Assembly: GCA_963768655.1 (NCBI GenBank)
Contig: CAVYIM010000003.1
Coordinates: forward strand, 1 to 64,000
Direction of reading: 5' to 3'
DNA: 64,000 bases
DNA from: an uncultured Chloroflexia bacterium
GTDB lineage: Bacteria > Chloroflexota > Limnocylindria > Limnocylindrales > CSP1-4
The notes under the pieces are model-generated. The model saw only the letters and a program-made list of their open reading frames with translations. It did no database searches and had not been told where the DNA came from. Both the position numbers and the translations under genes were made by a program. This document shows positions 30,723 through 41,569 of the stretch, piece after piece. Every line of letters begins with the position of its first letter. Positions within the stretch are counted from its first letter, which is position 1.

Positions 30723-32678
30723 ATGGCTGAAGGTCAAGTTCCGGCTGCGGGTTCCTGCCCGTTCTGCGGAGCGCCGCTGCTGTTCGCCGGCCAGGACAAC
30801 TGTGCATCGTGCGGGCGTCAGCTGACCGGCGTTCAGCCGGCGGCCGACGCGTCACCTGCCGGCCCGGCCGATGCGTCTGCCGCCGGCGCGTCGCCGTCCA
30901 CGCCCCTGCCCGACGCTCCCCCGGCGTGGGCCCAGGCCGCCGCGCCGACCGCAGCGCCTTCGACACCCCCGCCCCCGACGCCGGTCCCCGTCTGGACTCC
31001 GCCGGGGGCCCCTGTCACGCCCCCCGCGCCGCCGATTGCCCCTGCCCCACCGATTGCCCCGCCCGCGCCGCCGCCCTGGGGCCAGGCCGCCGCACCCGCG
31101 ACGCCGCCCGCCTGGCCGCCGGCCGCGGCCCCCGCCACGCCCCCGGCCCCCGCCGCGACCGCGTGGCCTCCGTCCGGGCAGCCCGCAGGCGCGCCGCCAT
31201 GGGCCCCCAGCCAGCCCCCCGCCGCCCCTGCCTGGCCTCCGTCCGGGCAGCCCGCAGGCGCGCCGCCATGGGCCCCCGGTCAGCCGCCCGCCGCCCCTGC
31301 CTGGCCTCCGTCCGGGCAGCTTGCCGGCACACCGCCGTGGACTCCCGGTCAGCCCCCCGTCAACGCTACACCCTGGCTCGCCGGTGGAGTTCCGCCGGCC
31401 GCGCCGGCGGCCAAGCGGTCCAGTCGAATGCCGCTCCTCGTGTTGCTCGGCGTCGTCCTGGTCGTCGTCATCGTCGCCGGCGTGGCTGCCTCCGGCGTCC
31501 TGGCCCCCGGCTCGAAGGGGTCTGCCAATCCGACCGCTCCGAGCGGCCTTGCGGCCGCGAGCAATACACCCATGCCGCTGCCCACTCTCATGCCCATTCC
31601 GACACCCACGCCGACGCCGCTCCCGACGCCGACGCCGCCCCCGACCTTCGCCGCCGCCGGCATGATGGCTCAGGCCCGCTCCAGCGCGACGGCGACCATC
31701 CTGCAGGACGGTCGAGTCCTGATCACCGGCGGCTGGATCGGCATCGACAAGGCGACGAACACGGCCGAGATCTACGACCCCAAGACCGGGGCCTTCACCG
31801 CGACGGGATCCATGCACTCGCCGCGAGCCTGGCACGACGCGACGCTGCTGCAGGACGGCCGCGTGCTGATCACGGGTGGCTCCGACGGCAAGTACCGCGT
31901 CGCCTCGGCCGAGATCTACGACCCGAAGACAGGCAAGTTCACGACGACGGGCTCGATGACGGCCTCGCGGGTCCAGCACACGGCGACTCTGCTCACCGAC
32001 GGCCGCGTCCTGCTGACCGGTGGCTACAACACTGCCACGACGGGGCTCAGCAGCGCCGAGATCTACAACCCCGCGACGGGCAAGTTCACCAAGACCGGGT
32101 CCATGACGACCGCTCGAGGCGAGCATGATGCCGCGCTGCTCCCGGACGGTCGGGTTCTGGTGCTGGGCGGCTTCAACAACAAGAAGGCGCTGGCAACGGC
32201 CGAGATATGGGACCCCGCGACCGGCAAGTTCACCAAGACCGGCTCGATGACCGACGCACGCCAGTCGGCGATGGTCGTCACGCTGTCTGACGGCAGCGTA
32301 ATGGTGGCCGGCGGCTGCGACACGGATTGCTACACGCTGGACTCCGCCGAGATCTACTCCGAAACCACGGGCACCTTCAGCGAAGCCGGGTCAATGGACG
32401 ATCCACACTACTTGGGGACAATGACAGTCCTCTCGGATGGCACGGTCCTCGTCGCCGGCGGCGACAGGGGTGACACGGTCCTGGACTCGGCGGAGATCTT
32501 CGATCCCGTCAGCGAGACCTTCACGCCGGTCGTCTCGTCGTTGACCGAGCCACGCGAAGATGCCGCTGCAGTCCTGCTGCCGGATGGCAGCGTTCTCATA
32601 GTCGGCGGCGATGACGGCACAGTAGATCTCAGCACGGCGGAGATCTACGGCTCGATCCCGTCGAAAGTCTCCGACTAG
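30723..32678 (+). CDS. Zn-ribbon / Pro-rich / TM / kelch-repeat protein
   Basis: CPFCG...CASCG, Pro-rich linker, one TM, six repeats LxDGRVLxxGG...AEIYDP. Confidence 0.85.
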   Translation: MAEGQVPAAGSCPFCGAPLLFAGQDNCASCGRQLTGVQPAADASPAGPADASAAGASPSTPLPDAPPAWAQAAAPTAAPSTPPPPTPVPVWTPPGAPVTPPAPPIAPAPPIAPPAPPPWGQAAAPATPPAWPPAAAPATPPAPAATAWPPSGQPAGAPPWAPSQPPAAPAWPPSGQPAGAPPWAPGQPPAAPAWPPSGQLAGTPPWTPGQPPVNATPWLAGGVPPAAPAAKRSSRMPLLVLLGVVLVVVIVAGVAASGVLAPGSKGSANPTAPSGLAAASNTPMPLPTLMPIPTPTPTPLPTPTPPPTFAAAGMMAQARSSATATILQDGRVLITGGWIGIDKATNTAEIYDPKTGAFTATGSMHSPRAWHDATLLQDGRVLITGGSDGKYRVASAEIYDPKTGKFTTTGSMTASRVQHTATLLTDGRVLLTGGYNTATTGLSSAEIYNPATGKFTKTGSMTTARGEHDAALLPDGRVLVLGGFNNKKALATAEIWDPATGKFTKTGSMTDARQSAMVVTLSDGSVMVAGGCDTDCYTLDSAEIYSETTGTFSEAGSMDDPHYLGTMTVLSDGTVLVAGGDRGDTVLDSAEIFDPVSETFTPVVSSLTEPREDAAAVLLPDGSVLIVGGDDGTVDLSTAEIYGSIPSKVSD

Positions 32679-32940
32679 GAGGCGGCGATACCGGGCAGGC
32701 GAACGCGCCCGCTCCTGCAGCCCTGAATTGGCTCTCGCATCTGCGGCCGCCGGGGCAACACCCGGCGGCCGTTCGTTAGGGCGGCGAGCGGATCCGGACG
32801 AAGCGCGAGCGTCGGACGAACGTTCGAGTCCGACGCCGAGTCACAAGAGAGGATCGCGATCGTGCGGGGTGCGGGCGCCCGCGTGCATCCGGCAGCGCGT
32901 CGCGGACTAGACTTGAAGCTCGATCGAAGAAGGGGGCCAG

Positions 32941-34884
32941 ATGACAGCGGACTCCGAGTCGCAGCCGGGTAAGTGCCCCGCCTGTGGGACGACACTCATC
33001 TTCCGCGGCCAGACGACGTGCCAGCACTGCGGCCAGAACGTCGCCGCTCGGGCGACCTCGACCGGACCGACGCCCAGTACCTGGGGCGGGGCGACCGCGG
33101 GGCTGACCACCACGCCCCTCGTGACCTCGGCCTCCGGCCTCCCGACCACGACCTGGGGACCCACCGGGGCCGGGACCGCCGCTGCCGGCGCGACTGCGTC
33201 AGGGGCCGCCGCACCTGGAGTCGGCCAGCCGCCGGCGCCTCCGACGCCCGCGTCCGCGCCGCTCTCCCCGCTGTCCGGGAGCCGGCCCGCCACTCCGCCG
33301 CCCGCCACTCCGCCGCCCGCCACTCCGCCGCCCGCCACTCCGCCGCCTGGCGCCCGCCAGCCCAGACCCACGTATGGCGCGCCTCCCGGCCCTCCCCCCG
33401 GGACCTACTCGCAGAGTCAGGGTGGCTGGGCCCGCGCGCCGCAGGGCCGCCCGTGGGTCGCGCCGCAGCGCAGGCGCGGTACCAACTGGGGGGCGTGGCT
33501 CGGGGCCGGGATCGTCGTGGTCGTGCTGCTGGCCGTCCTTGGCAACGTGAACACCAGCCAGACGAGCTCGTACCCGAATGACACGACCTACTACGTACCC
33601 GACGTCACGGCATTTCCTACCGAAGAAACCACGGCTCAGCCCTTCGTTCAGGCGACATTTCCGGCGGTCGATCCGCTGGTCGCGACCGGCCCGCTGAACC
33701 AGGCGCGCGGCGATGCCACGGCGACCCTGCTCCCCGACGGCCGGGTCATCGTGATCGGCGGCGCCGTCCCCGGTTCGAACCCGGGCATACCGACGGCACT
33801 GACGTCGATCGAGTCGTACGACCCCGGGACCCGCTCGTTCACGCCGGTCGGCGACCTGTCGACGGCGCGTCTGCTCCAGACCGCCACGCTCCTGCCCGAC
33901 GGAACGATCCTCGTCGCCGGCGGCGAGGACAGCAACGGCGACGCCCTCGCCTCGGCCGAGATCTACGACCCGGCGACCGGGACGTCCCATCCGACCGGCG
34001 ACATGACCGACGCCAGGTATGCCGCGTCCGCGGTCGCGCTCGACGACGGGACCGTGCTCATCGTGGGCGGCACCGACTACAACGGCCCTGTGTCGTCGGC
34101 CGAGCTGTACGACCCCTCGAGTGGAGAATTTGAATCGCTCGGGTACATGCCCTCGAGCGGTGGAGCCGTGACCGCCGTCAAGCTGAGCGACGGACGCGTG
34201 CTCGTGGCCGGCGGCGAAGACCAGGACGGCACGACGACGAGCGCGGCCCAGATCTACGATCCGACCTCAGCGGGCTTCGTGCCAGCCGACTCGATGCTCG
34301 ACGCACGCGCGGATGCGACATCGTGCCTGCTGCCCGACGGCACAGTCCTGATCGTCGGAGGCATCGATCAGGACGGACTCGTCGACACCGCGGCCGAGAT
34401 CTACGACCCCAACTCCGGTGGAACGACGGCGTCGATACCGCTTGGCGATTTCCGCAGGTTCAGCACCGAAACGGCCCTCGAAGACGGCTCGGTGCTCATC
34501 GTCGGGGGCGTCGACAACTCCGGCCGCCCGGTCGCCACCGTCGAACGGTACTTCCCGGGCTCGGCCACAACGACTCCCATCGGCACTATGGCCGAAGGGA
34601 TTTCCGGGCAGACGGCCACTCTCCTTGAAGACGGGTCTGTGCTGATCGCCGGCGGTTGGCCGTCGCAGGCGAGTGTCGCCGCCGATGCCGGCCTCTATTT
34701 CCCGAACTCGACGCCGGGTGCCTCTCCGACGGCGACATCGGCGACCTCACCGAGCCCGACGCCGGCCTCGCCTACCGGGACAGCGGCCTCGCCGAGCCCG
34801 ACGCCGGCGACCTCGCCGAGTGCGGGACCGTCCCGCTCATCGAGCCCGAGGCCGGCCGTTTCTCCGAGCGCGAAGGCGCCCTAG
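32941..34884 (+). CDS. Zn-ribbon / Pro-rich / TM / kelch-repeat protein (paralogue)
   Basis: CPACG...CQHCG, TM, LPDGxVLxxGG...AEIYDP repeats, Ser/Pro/Thr tail. Confidence 0.85.
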   Translation: MTADSESQPGKCPACGTTLIFRGQTTCQHCGQNVAARATSTGPTPSTWGGATAGLTTTPLVTSASGLPTTTWGPTGAGTAAAGATASGAAAPGVGQPPAPPTPASAPLSPLSGSRPATPPPATPPPATPPPATPPPGARQPRPTYGAPPGPPPGTYSQSQGGWARAPQGRPWVAPQRRRGTNWGAWLGAGIVVVVLLAVLGNVNTSQTSSYPNDTTYYVPDVTAFPTEETTAQPFVQATFPAVDPLVATGPLNQARGDATATLLPDGRVIVIGGAVPGSNPGIPTALTSIESYDPGTRSFTPVGDLSTARLLQTATLLPDGTILVAGGEDSNGDALASAEIYDPATGTSHPTGDMTDARYAASAVALDDGTVLIVGGTDYNGPVSSAELYDPSSGEFESLGYMPSSGGAVTAVKLSDGRVLVAGGEDQDGTTTSAAQIYDPTSAGFVPADSMLDARADATSCLLPDGTVLIVGGIDQDGLVDTAAEIYDPNSGGTTASIPLGDFRRFSTETALEDGSVLIVGGVDNSGRPVATVERYFPGSATTTPIGTMAEGISGQTATLLEDGSVLIAGGWPSQASVAADAGLYFPNSTPGASPTATSATSPSPTPASPTGTAASPSPTPATSPSAGPSRSSSPRPAVSPSAKAP

Positions 34885-35124
34885 CGGCGCCCCTCAGATC
34901 CGAATCTGAGGTATCGGCAGCCTTGCTGTAAGGATTCGTGCCCGCGCGCGTTAAGTATGTGTCCCTCGTGCGGGTCGGCCTACCCCGTTTCCGCACCGAA
35001 CCTTTCCCGAAGGTACCTATCCGAACGAACGGGCCGCCGGCGTCATGACCATTGTCTTATTGCGAGACGTGACCACTGCGGGAGACTTCTACGCGCATCC
35101 AAGCAGCGGTAGAGGTGCGGCGAG

Positions 35125-37539
35125 ATGACCAGCGGGAAGACTCCCCGCGAGGGGCAATCCGGCCCCGCGGGAGAGCCCGGCATCGGTGTTGCGAGCGACG
35201 GCGCGCCCGTCTCGGAACAACCGGCCGAGATTTCGGCCGAGCACGCGGGTAGCGCCGGCGAGGGCCGGCACGTGAACGCGGGTGCCGCTACCCCGCGACG
35301 CGTCATTGCCGCCGCTGCCGCAGCCGGAGCCGCCGCCTCCGGAACCGCCACGCCCGAAACCACGCGAGCCTCCTCGCCCGCCCGCGTCGAGAGCGACGCC
35401 GCCGTCGCCGCCGCTTCCGCCGCTGCCTCCGCCGCCATTGCCGCGGTCAGCGCCGCGATCGCCGCCACCGCGGCCACCAGGGCCACCGAGGCGGCCAACT
35501 CCGCGCCCAAGCCCGCTCCGGTGGCGAGGAAGAAGCAGGTGGCCGCCGCCGCAGCCGCCGCAGCAGCCGAAGCCGCCGCCGCGCCGATTGCCCACGCTGA
35601 GGCCGCCGCCGCGCCCAAGCCCGAACCGAAGCCGGCGGTTGTCGCCGCCGCGCGCAAGCCCCAGCCCAAGCCCGAATTGGCGCCGATTGCGGCCGCGTCC
35701 GCGCCCAGCCCGGCGCCCAAGCCCGAACCGAAGCCGCCGGTGGTAGCCGTCGCCGCCGAGGTCGCGGCCGCTGCTATCAAGCCCGAGACCAAGCCCGCGC
35801 CCAAGCCGCTCACCGCCGCGGCCTCGCCCAGCCCGGCGCCCAGGGCTCAACCCAAGGCGGCCGCCATCGCCGCCGAGGTCGCGGCCGCCGCGCCCAAGCC
35901 CTCGCCCAAGCCCGCGCCCAAGCTCGCGCCCAAGCTCGAACCGAAGCCGCTGGCCGCGGCCCAGGCTCTTCCTCCGGCCAAAGACCTGCCGGCCGCGCAG
36001 TCGCTGCCCGCGGTCGCGGCAGCGAGCGAGCCGAAGGTCACTTCCGCGTTCCCAGTCTTCGCCCCGCCTGCGTTCCCCGCGTTCCCCGCCGGAGCCGCCG
36101 CTAGGGCGTCTTCCGCTGCAGCCACCCAAGCGGCCGTGCCCGCGCCCGCCGCCCCCGTGGCGCCCCCGCCGCGGGCAACCCTGCAGCCGAGTCGCCCCGG
36201 CTTCGTCGGCGGCAAGCCTCCCGTCCTGCCGAGCCATCCAGGCATCACTCGATTCGAAGACCTCGAGCCGCCGGGCCGCACCGACCTGCCGCCGGCCGGG
36301 CCCGCGGATGCCGCGCCGGAACTCCACCAGTCGACCGAGCCTCTCTTCTCCAACGAGGGCATCGTCCGGCAATCGAGCGCGAACTATCGGAGCCTCTTCC
36401 AGCGTGTCGTCGGGATCATCGCCGGAGTCCTCGCCGTGCTGGCGACCGCCGGCGTGGCCCTGGCCCACAGCGCCCGCGCGCATCTGCCACTCGGCAGATC
36501 GGCCGCCGTCGCCACGCCCGAGGAGCTCCGCGGAGCATCGGTGGCCGACCTGCCGACGCCGGCTCCGGAGGTCGCCTCTTCCGACGCCGCCCCCGATGGA
36601 GTCGCCGGCTCTTCGCCGACCGGCCGTTTTGCCTCCGTCCGGCCGGCGCTTCGGGCGGGCCTCGCCCTGCTGGCCCGAGCCGTTGCGATCGCTGCCGCCG
36701 CCGTCGCCGCGGCCGTCATGTGGTCGGTCCACAAGATCAGCGGCCGCGGGGTCACGCCCCAGCTCGCCCCGGTCGAGGCCGACCTCTACCCCGCCGAGCG
36801 CAGGCGCCGCCGGGCCCCGGTCTTCTGGCTGCTCTTCGCCGGGTTCTTCGTCGCCCTCTACGGCTACCTCCTGGTTGGCGGGATGATCCTGCCCTCGATG
36901 GCGTCCTCCACCGGCGGTCCTCACGCCGACGCCACCTCGACTGCGGGCATCGCCGGCGACCCGACGGCCACGGTCGTCGTCCAGACCAGCGCCACGGCGA
37001 GTGGGACGCCCGTCGGGACGAAGACAAACCCGACCAATCCGCCCGTCGTGACCGCGCCTCCCGGTACCCCGGTCGCGACGCCACCTCCGACGCCGGCGCC
37101 GACAGCCGCCCCGACGGCGAATCCGACGCCCGTGCCGACCCCCAAGCCGACGCCCAAGCCGACCCCGAAGCCGACGCCCGTGCCGACCCCCAAGCCGACC
37201 CCCAAGCCGACGCCCATCGACTTCGTGACCTTCGTGGCTCAGGGCACGACGGTTCAGGGCAACACGGCCAACTACTCGGCGGCGCAAGGCTCGGGAGCCC
37301 TCGTGGTCATCATCGAGTCCCGAGGCACGTCGAGCTGCACGCTGTCCTCGAGTTATTCGAACTCTAGGGCCGCCACAGCGACCATCCCCGGCACGAGCTC
37401 GCAGACGGGCATCATGGTCCGAACGCCATGGGGCAGGAGTTGGCCCGCCAGCCCCACCCCGTACACCATCACCGCAAGCTGCACGTTGAACGGGTTCACC
37501 ATAACGGCTACGAAGCAGGCCTACATCACCTCTTCCTGA
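35125..37539 (+). CDS. Ala/Pro/Lys-rich membrane protein with small C-terminal extracellular domain
   Basis: Low-complexity N-terminus, TM ([24 protein letters not shown]), PTPK repeats, two-Cys beta-rich tail. Confidence 0.6.
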   Translation: MTSGKTPREGQSGPAGEPGIGVASDGAPVSEQPAEISAEHAGSAGEGRHVNAGAATPRRVIAAAAAAGAAASGTATPETTRASSPARVESDAAVAAASAAASAAIAAVSAAIAATAATRATEAANSAPKPAPVARKKQVAAAAAAAAAEAAAAPIAHAEAAAAPKPEPKPAVVAAARKPQPKPELAPIAAASAPSPAPKPEPKPPVVAVAAEVAAAAIKPETKPAPKPLTAAASPSPAPRAQPKAAAIAAEVAAAAPKPSPKPAPKLAPKLEPKPLAAAQALPPAKDLPAAQSLPAVAAASEPKVTSAFPVFAPPAFPAFPAGAAARASSAAATQAAVPAPAAPVAPPPRATLQPSRPGFVGGKPPVLPSHPGITRFEDLEPPGRTDLPPAGPADAAPELHQSTEPLFSNEGIVRQSSANYRSLFQRVVGIIAGVLAVLATAGVALAHSARAHLPLGRSAAVATPEELRGASVADLPTPAPEVASSDAAPDGVAGSSPTGRFASVRPALRAGLALLARAVAIAAAAVAAAVMWSVHKISGRGVTPQLAPVEADLYPAERRRRRAPVFWLLFAGFFVALYGYLLVGGMILPSMASSTGGPHADATSTAGIAGDPTATVVVQTSATASGTPVGTKTNPTNPPVVTAPPGTPVATPPPTPAPTAAPTANPTPVPTPKPTPKPTPKPTPVPTPKPTPKPTPIDFVTFVAQGTTVQGNTANYSAAQGSGALVVIIESRGTSSCTLSSSYSNSRAATATIPGTSSQTGIMVRTPWGRSWPASPTPYTITASCTLNGFTITATKQAYITSS

Positions 37540-37568
37540 TATCCCGATATCCCGCAACGCGTCCCGCA

Positions 37569-37599
37569 CCGGAAGGCCCCTCGAAAGAGGGGTCTTCGG
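37569..37599. terminator. Hairpin after 35125..37539
   Basis: gaaggcccctc-gaaa-gaggggtcttc; no U-tract. Confidence 0.4.
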
Positions 37600-37703
37600 A
37601 TTCAGGGGAATTGCAGGGTCAGCTGCCAGGGTAATCGGGTGACCGGAGTCGAGTCGTTCGGACCCGGCGCCGAATCATCCGATCGAGCCTCCGAAGCGCA
37701 GCT

Positions 37704-38198
37704 ATGGCAAGAGGTTCGGGGGCCTCTTCTGAGGTTCAAGTGGAGACGCCGAACAGATCCGTCGGGACGCTCGCGGCCGAGCGCAGCCCGGCGGACGAAC
37801 TCGAAGGAACGGTCGATCCGCGGGCGAAGACCGCCGACCAGGTCGCCGGCGTGGCCCTCGTCGTGGACGACGAGCCGCTGGTGCGAACGCTCGTCTCGAC
37901 CCTGCTCCGCAATCGCGGCTGGTCGGTCATCGAGGCGGCCGACGGCCTGAGCGCGCTGGCACTGGCCCCGGAGTCGCTGGGCCTGCTGGTCACCGACTAC
38001 GAGATGCCGGCCATCACCGGCGTGACCCTGGCCGAGCAGCTTCGCCTCCGGCACGAAGGGCTGCCCGTGCTGATGGTTTCGGGCCATCCCGAGATCGCCG
38101 GCAAGCTGAGTGCCCTGCGCGGTCCGCGCACGGCCTTCGTGAGCAAGCCCTTCCCGGCGGAGGAGCTCATCTCGACAGTCCGTCTCATCACGGCCTGA
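37704..38198 (+). CDS. Stand-alone CheY-like response regulator receiver
   Basis: LVVDDE, LLVTDYEMP, MVSG, VSKPF; no output domain. Confidence 0.88.
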   Translation: MARGSGASSEVQVETPNRSVGTLAAERSPADELEGTVDPRAKTADQVAGVALVVDDEPLVRTLVSTLLRNRGWSVIEAADGLSALALAPESLGLLVTDYEMPAITGVTLAEQLRLRHEGLPVLMVSGHPEIAGKLSALRGPRTAFVSKPFPAEELISTVRLITA

Positions 38199-38287
38199 GA
38201 GCGCGCCGGCGGATCGGCCGCGCTACCACACAACTCCGACCTCGCTCCCGCCCCGGTCGCGATCCTCCCCCCGCGGCCGGGGCCTCT

Positions 38288-41113
38288 TCATGGAACCGGC
38301 ACGAAGTAGCCGGTCAGGTCGAAGATCAGCTGGGCCGTCGCCTTCGACGAGCCGCCCGCGAAGACGGTGCTCAGCGCCCGGCTCCCGTTGACCGGCACGA
38401 CGATTCCGTTGGCCCGCGTGTCCCCTTTCGGGAAGTTGATCGTGGAGGTGGTCGCGGGCCACGTCAGGCTCGGGGCGACCGCCACGAAACCGGACGTCGA
38501 CGGGCCGGTGATCGTCACGTTGCCGGAGACGGCCACCGTGCCGCTCGGGACGTAGCCCGCCAGAGAGAAGCTCTGGATCGAGCCGTCGGCGAGCGGCTTG
38601 GTCAGGCCCAGCGGGATCCTCGTGTCGACCGTCCTCACCGGGCTGATGGGCACGTAGGCGGCTCCGCCGGAGCCGGCGAGGTAGTAGCCGGTCACGTCGA
38701 AGATCAGCTGTGTCGTGGCGCCGGCCCCGGCCCCGTAGACCGCCTGGAGAGTGCCGCCCGCGCCGAGCTGGACGGTCACGTTGTTGGCCCGGTTGTCGCC
38801 CTTCGGGAAGTTGATCGTCGAGAAGGCGGGCGAGGCGGTCACGGTGGGGCCGAGCGAGACGTAGCCCGCTTTCGATTGGCCGGTCACCGTGAGGTTACCG
38901 GTGACCGCCACCGCGGCGGCCGGAACGGTGGCTCCGACGGCGAACGTTCGAGGCGTCCCGGCGGTGAGGGCGCCCGTCGGCCCCGAGCCATTTCGGGTGT
39001 CGAGCGCCCGGTATGGCGTCAGCGCGAAGTAGGCTGCGTGCGCGAAGTCCGGCAGGAAGTAGCCGGTGACGTCGAACACGAGCTGGGTCGTGGCGCCGGT
39101 CGAGCCGACGAAGACGGCCTCGAGCTTGCCGCCAGTCCCCAATGCGACCGTCACGCCGTTGGCTCGGGTGTCGCCCTTGGGGAAGTTGACCGTCGAGAAG
39201 CTCGGCGTGGTCGCGACCGACGGGCCGAGCGTCACGTAGCCCGCGCTGGTCTGGCCGGTCACGGTCACGTTGCCGGTCACGGCGATCACGTTGGAGGGAA
39301 TTGGCGTGAGGCCGGCCACCTTGAACAATCGAGGCGTGTGGGATTTGAAGCGGCCGGACAGACCCAGGCCGCTGCGAGTGTCGAGGAGCCGCGTCGGGGC
39401 CACGGCCACGTACGTGCCGCCGATCTGGACGACGAACATGGCCGCCGAGCTGTCGAGCTCGAGCGGGCTGCCGCCGCCGGCCGGCTCGATCGCGATCCTG
39501 ACCGTGTACGTGCCCGCGGCCGGCGCCGACCCGGCCGTCCAGTGGTCCGTGACGTTCCACTGATGGCCGGCCGTCAAGGCCACGTTGTCGTGCGACCAGT
39601 GGGTGACGAGAGTGCCCGCCGGTCCGTACAGCTCGACGTCGACCAGCACGGACCCGGTGGCAGCCGAGACGACGCCGGTCGTGATCGACTGGCTCTGGCC
39701 TTCGATCATCGTCGCCGAGCCGACCGTCGCCGAGGTCGCGTAGGTGGAGCCGGGGAGCGACAGGGCCCCGGCCGCGTAGTAGGCGTTGACCTGGTGCCGG
39801 AAGTAGCCGCCGTCGTCGTCCGCGCTGTAGGACATCGTGGTGTTGCCGTCGATCGGCGCCGGGTTGGTGATGCCGTCGCCGTCCGCGTCCGTGGCGGAGG
39901 TCGTGCCGCTCGCCCCGCCGCCGAAGAGCATGGCGATCACGCCCGCGTCTACGGCGGCGGCGAGCTGCGTGCTCGGCGCGGTTCCGAACCACGTCTCAAC
40001 GTGGTTGTCCTGGTAATGGCCCCAGGTGTCGTTCATGGCCCGCATCTTGGTGTTGCCCAGGGGGATCTGCCACAGCACCATGCGCAGGCCGACGCCGTTC
40101 ACGAAGTCGCCGACGTAGCGGTCGAAGTTGGCGTAGTCGGCCGTGCCCCACCAGCTGTTGCCGCCGTCGCCGTTGATGATCTTGTCGAAGTCCGCGTCGC
40201 GGTCGGCCGGGTCGGTGAAGACGAGGTCGAACTTCGCGCCGAGCGAACGCTGGAAGGCCGTCGAACGGGCGGCCAGGGGGTCGATGTCGGACAGCGGGAT
40301 GTGCTGCGCGATCGGGTCGGTCAGCGTGCCCCACATGCTCAGCTCATAGCCGAGCAGAACGTTGGGCGCGTACTTGTCGCGGAGCTTGATGAACGCCTGC
40401 GCGAAGCCGTCGGCGTTGTTGGCCAGGCCGGCCACGTCCGGGTCGCCGCTGCTGGCGACGGCGGCCGGGACGGTCGCGCCGCTGTCACCGCTCGAGGCCT
40501 GCTGGATGTAGCCCCACAGGTCCGGCTCGATGTCCACGACGATCGTCTGGGAGTAGGCGCCGAGGTGCTGGAACAGCAGCCGCACGTCGGCCCAGTACGA
40601 CTTCATCGTCGAGGTGTTCTTGAGGTTGTTGAGGTCGGCCTGGTTCTCGGCGCCGCCGGCCGGGCTCGACTGCAGGAGCTGGTAATAGATAAAGACGGGA
40701 GTCATGCCCTGCGCCACCGTCTCGTCGACGTAGTAGTCCGCGTACTTGGCGCCGGTGTTCCAGGTCGACCAGCCGTGCCCGGTGTTCACGCCACCGCACA
40801 GGTATGCGTAGCGGAACTTGTACGCGCCGCTGGCGTGGAGGGCGGCGGCGCCGCCGGGGTCGTCCATCAGGCCCACTTCGAGGTGGCTCGACGGCCACTT
40901 GGCGGGGATCTCCGGCAGCAGAGTGGCGACGGAGGGAGTGGGGACCGTGGCCGTGGCGGCGGCGGCGGCGGTGGTGGCGGCGGCGGCCGTGGCGGGGGCC
41001 GTGGCGCCGGAAGTGGGGGCCGAAGCCCGGGCGCCGGCGGGGGCCGCGGCGGCGAGAGCGGCAATCGTCGCGAGCGCGAGCAAGCGGCGGCGGAGCGTGG
41101 TGGTGGTAGTCAT
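38288..41113 (-). CDS. Secreted protein: putative glycoside-hydrolase-like barrel, Ig-like domain and three C-terminal PxRxxDTR repeats
   Basis: Signal peptide with LRRRLL; IEPDLWGY, WQIPLGN; repeats PTRLLDTR...GNVTVT...STVNFPKGD.RAN...FDVTGY. Confidence 0.7.
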   Translation of the reverse strand: MTTTTTLRRRLLALATIAALAAAAPAGARASAPTSGATAPATAAAATTAAAAATATVPTPSVATLLPEIPAKWPSSHLEVGLMDDPGGAAALHASGAYKFRYAYLCGGVNTGHGWSTWNTGAKYADYYVDETVAQGMTPVFIYYQLLQSSPAGGAENQADLNNLKNTSTMKSYWADVRLLFQHLGAYSQTIVVDIEPDLWGYIQQASSGDSGATVPAAVASSGDPDVAGLANNADGFAQAFIKLRDKYAPNVLLGYELSMWGTLTDPIAQHIPLSDIDPLAARSTAFQRSLGAKFDLVFTDPADRDADFDKIINGDGGNSWWGTADYANFDRYVGDFVNGVGLRMVLWQIPLGNTKMRAMNDTWGHYQDNHVETWFGTAPSTQLAAAVDAGVIAMLFGGGASGTTSATDADGDGITNPAPIDGNTTMSYSADDDGGYFRHQVNAYYAAGALSLPGSTYATSATVGSATMIEGQSQSITTGVVSAATGSVLVDVELYGPAGTLVTHWSHDNVALTAGHQWNVTDHWTAGSAPAAGTYTVRIAIEPAGGGSPLELDSSAAMFVVQIGGTYVAVAPTRLLDTRSGLGLSGRFKSHTPRLFKVAGLTPIPSNVIAVTGNVTVTGQTSAGYVTLGPSVATTPSFSTVNFPKGDTRANGVTVALGTGGKLEAVFVGSTGATTQLVFDVTGYFLPDFAHAAYFALTPYRALDTRNGSGPTGALTAGTPRTFAVGATVPAAAVAVTGNLTVTGQSKAGYVSLGPTVTASPAFSTINFPKGDNRANNVTVQLGAGGTLQAVYGAGAGATTQLIFDVTGYYLAGSGGAAYVPISPVRTVDTRIPLGLTKPLADGSIQSFSLAGYVPSGTVAVSGNVTITGPSTSGFVAVAPSLTWPATTSTINFPKGDTRANGIVVPVNGSRALSTVFAGGSSKATAQLIFDLTGYFVPVP

Positions 41114-41240
41114 ACCCGCGAGGGTAATCGACCCCCGCACCTCCGCCTATCCGACAATCGGACCATTCGGGCCGCGGCCCGTCGTGGGCCCCTCGCCGCA
41201 GGCCCCTCGCCGGCCCCTCGCCGCCGGCCACGCCCGCTGC

Positions 41241-41474
41241 GTTCTTTCCGATTTCCCACCAGACGGACATTGAGCAAGCTTCAGTCACGCGACGGGCTCC
41301 GGGGAGCGTTTCGCCGGGTCTCGGAGCGGCGTTCGCAGCGCGGCCGAACGCTCGGGCGGCCTATCCGCCGCCCGAGGTCCCAGCCAGGGCCGTTGTCAGG
41401 CGACATGTGACCGTCGTTGCGAAGCCGCAGACGCGTGTCCTTGCCGAATGTCCTGGTGATGGGAATTCGGAAAC
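41241..41474 (+). mobile_element. ~234-bp terminal-inverted-repeat element, copy B, intergenic with no nuclease gene
   Basis: Arms gttctttccgatttcccaccagacggacattgagcaag and cttgccgaatgtcctggtgatgggaattcggaaac; each matches the corresponding arm of 27506-27738. Confidence 0.65.
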
Positions 41475-41569
41475 CCAGGGCGGATGGCAAGGCCACGCCT
41501 CGAGCGCCACGCCGCCCTCCGGCGGCCCCTCGGGCGGCCCGGCGGCTCGACCCGCTACACTCGGCGGCG

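Noticed and set aside
35089-37569. Long antisense or alternative-frame ORFs (e.g. 35089..37569 -, 38876..41410 +, 12517..15174 +)
   Set aside because: Arg/Gly-rich shadows of better-supported genes, expected at this GC content.
37560-37640. c-di-GMP riboswitch suggested by a GAAA-tetraloop stem
   Set aside because: Lacks the GCAAA/GACGCAAA consensus; better explained as a terminator-like hairpin.
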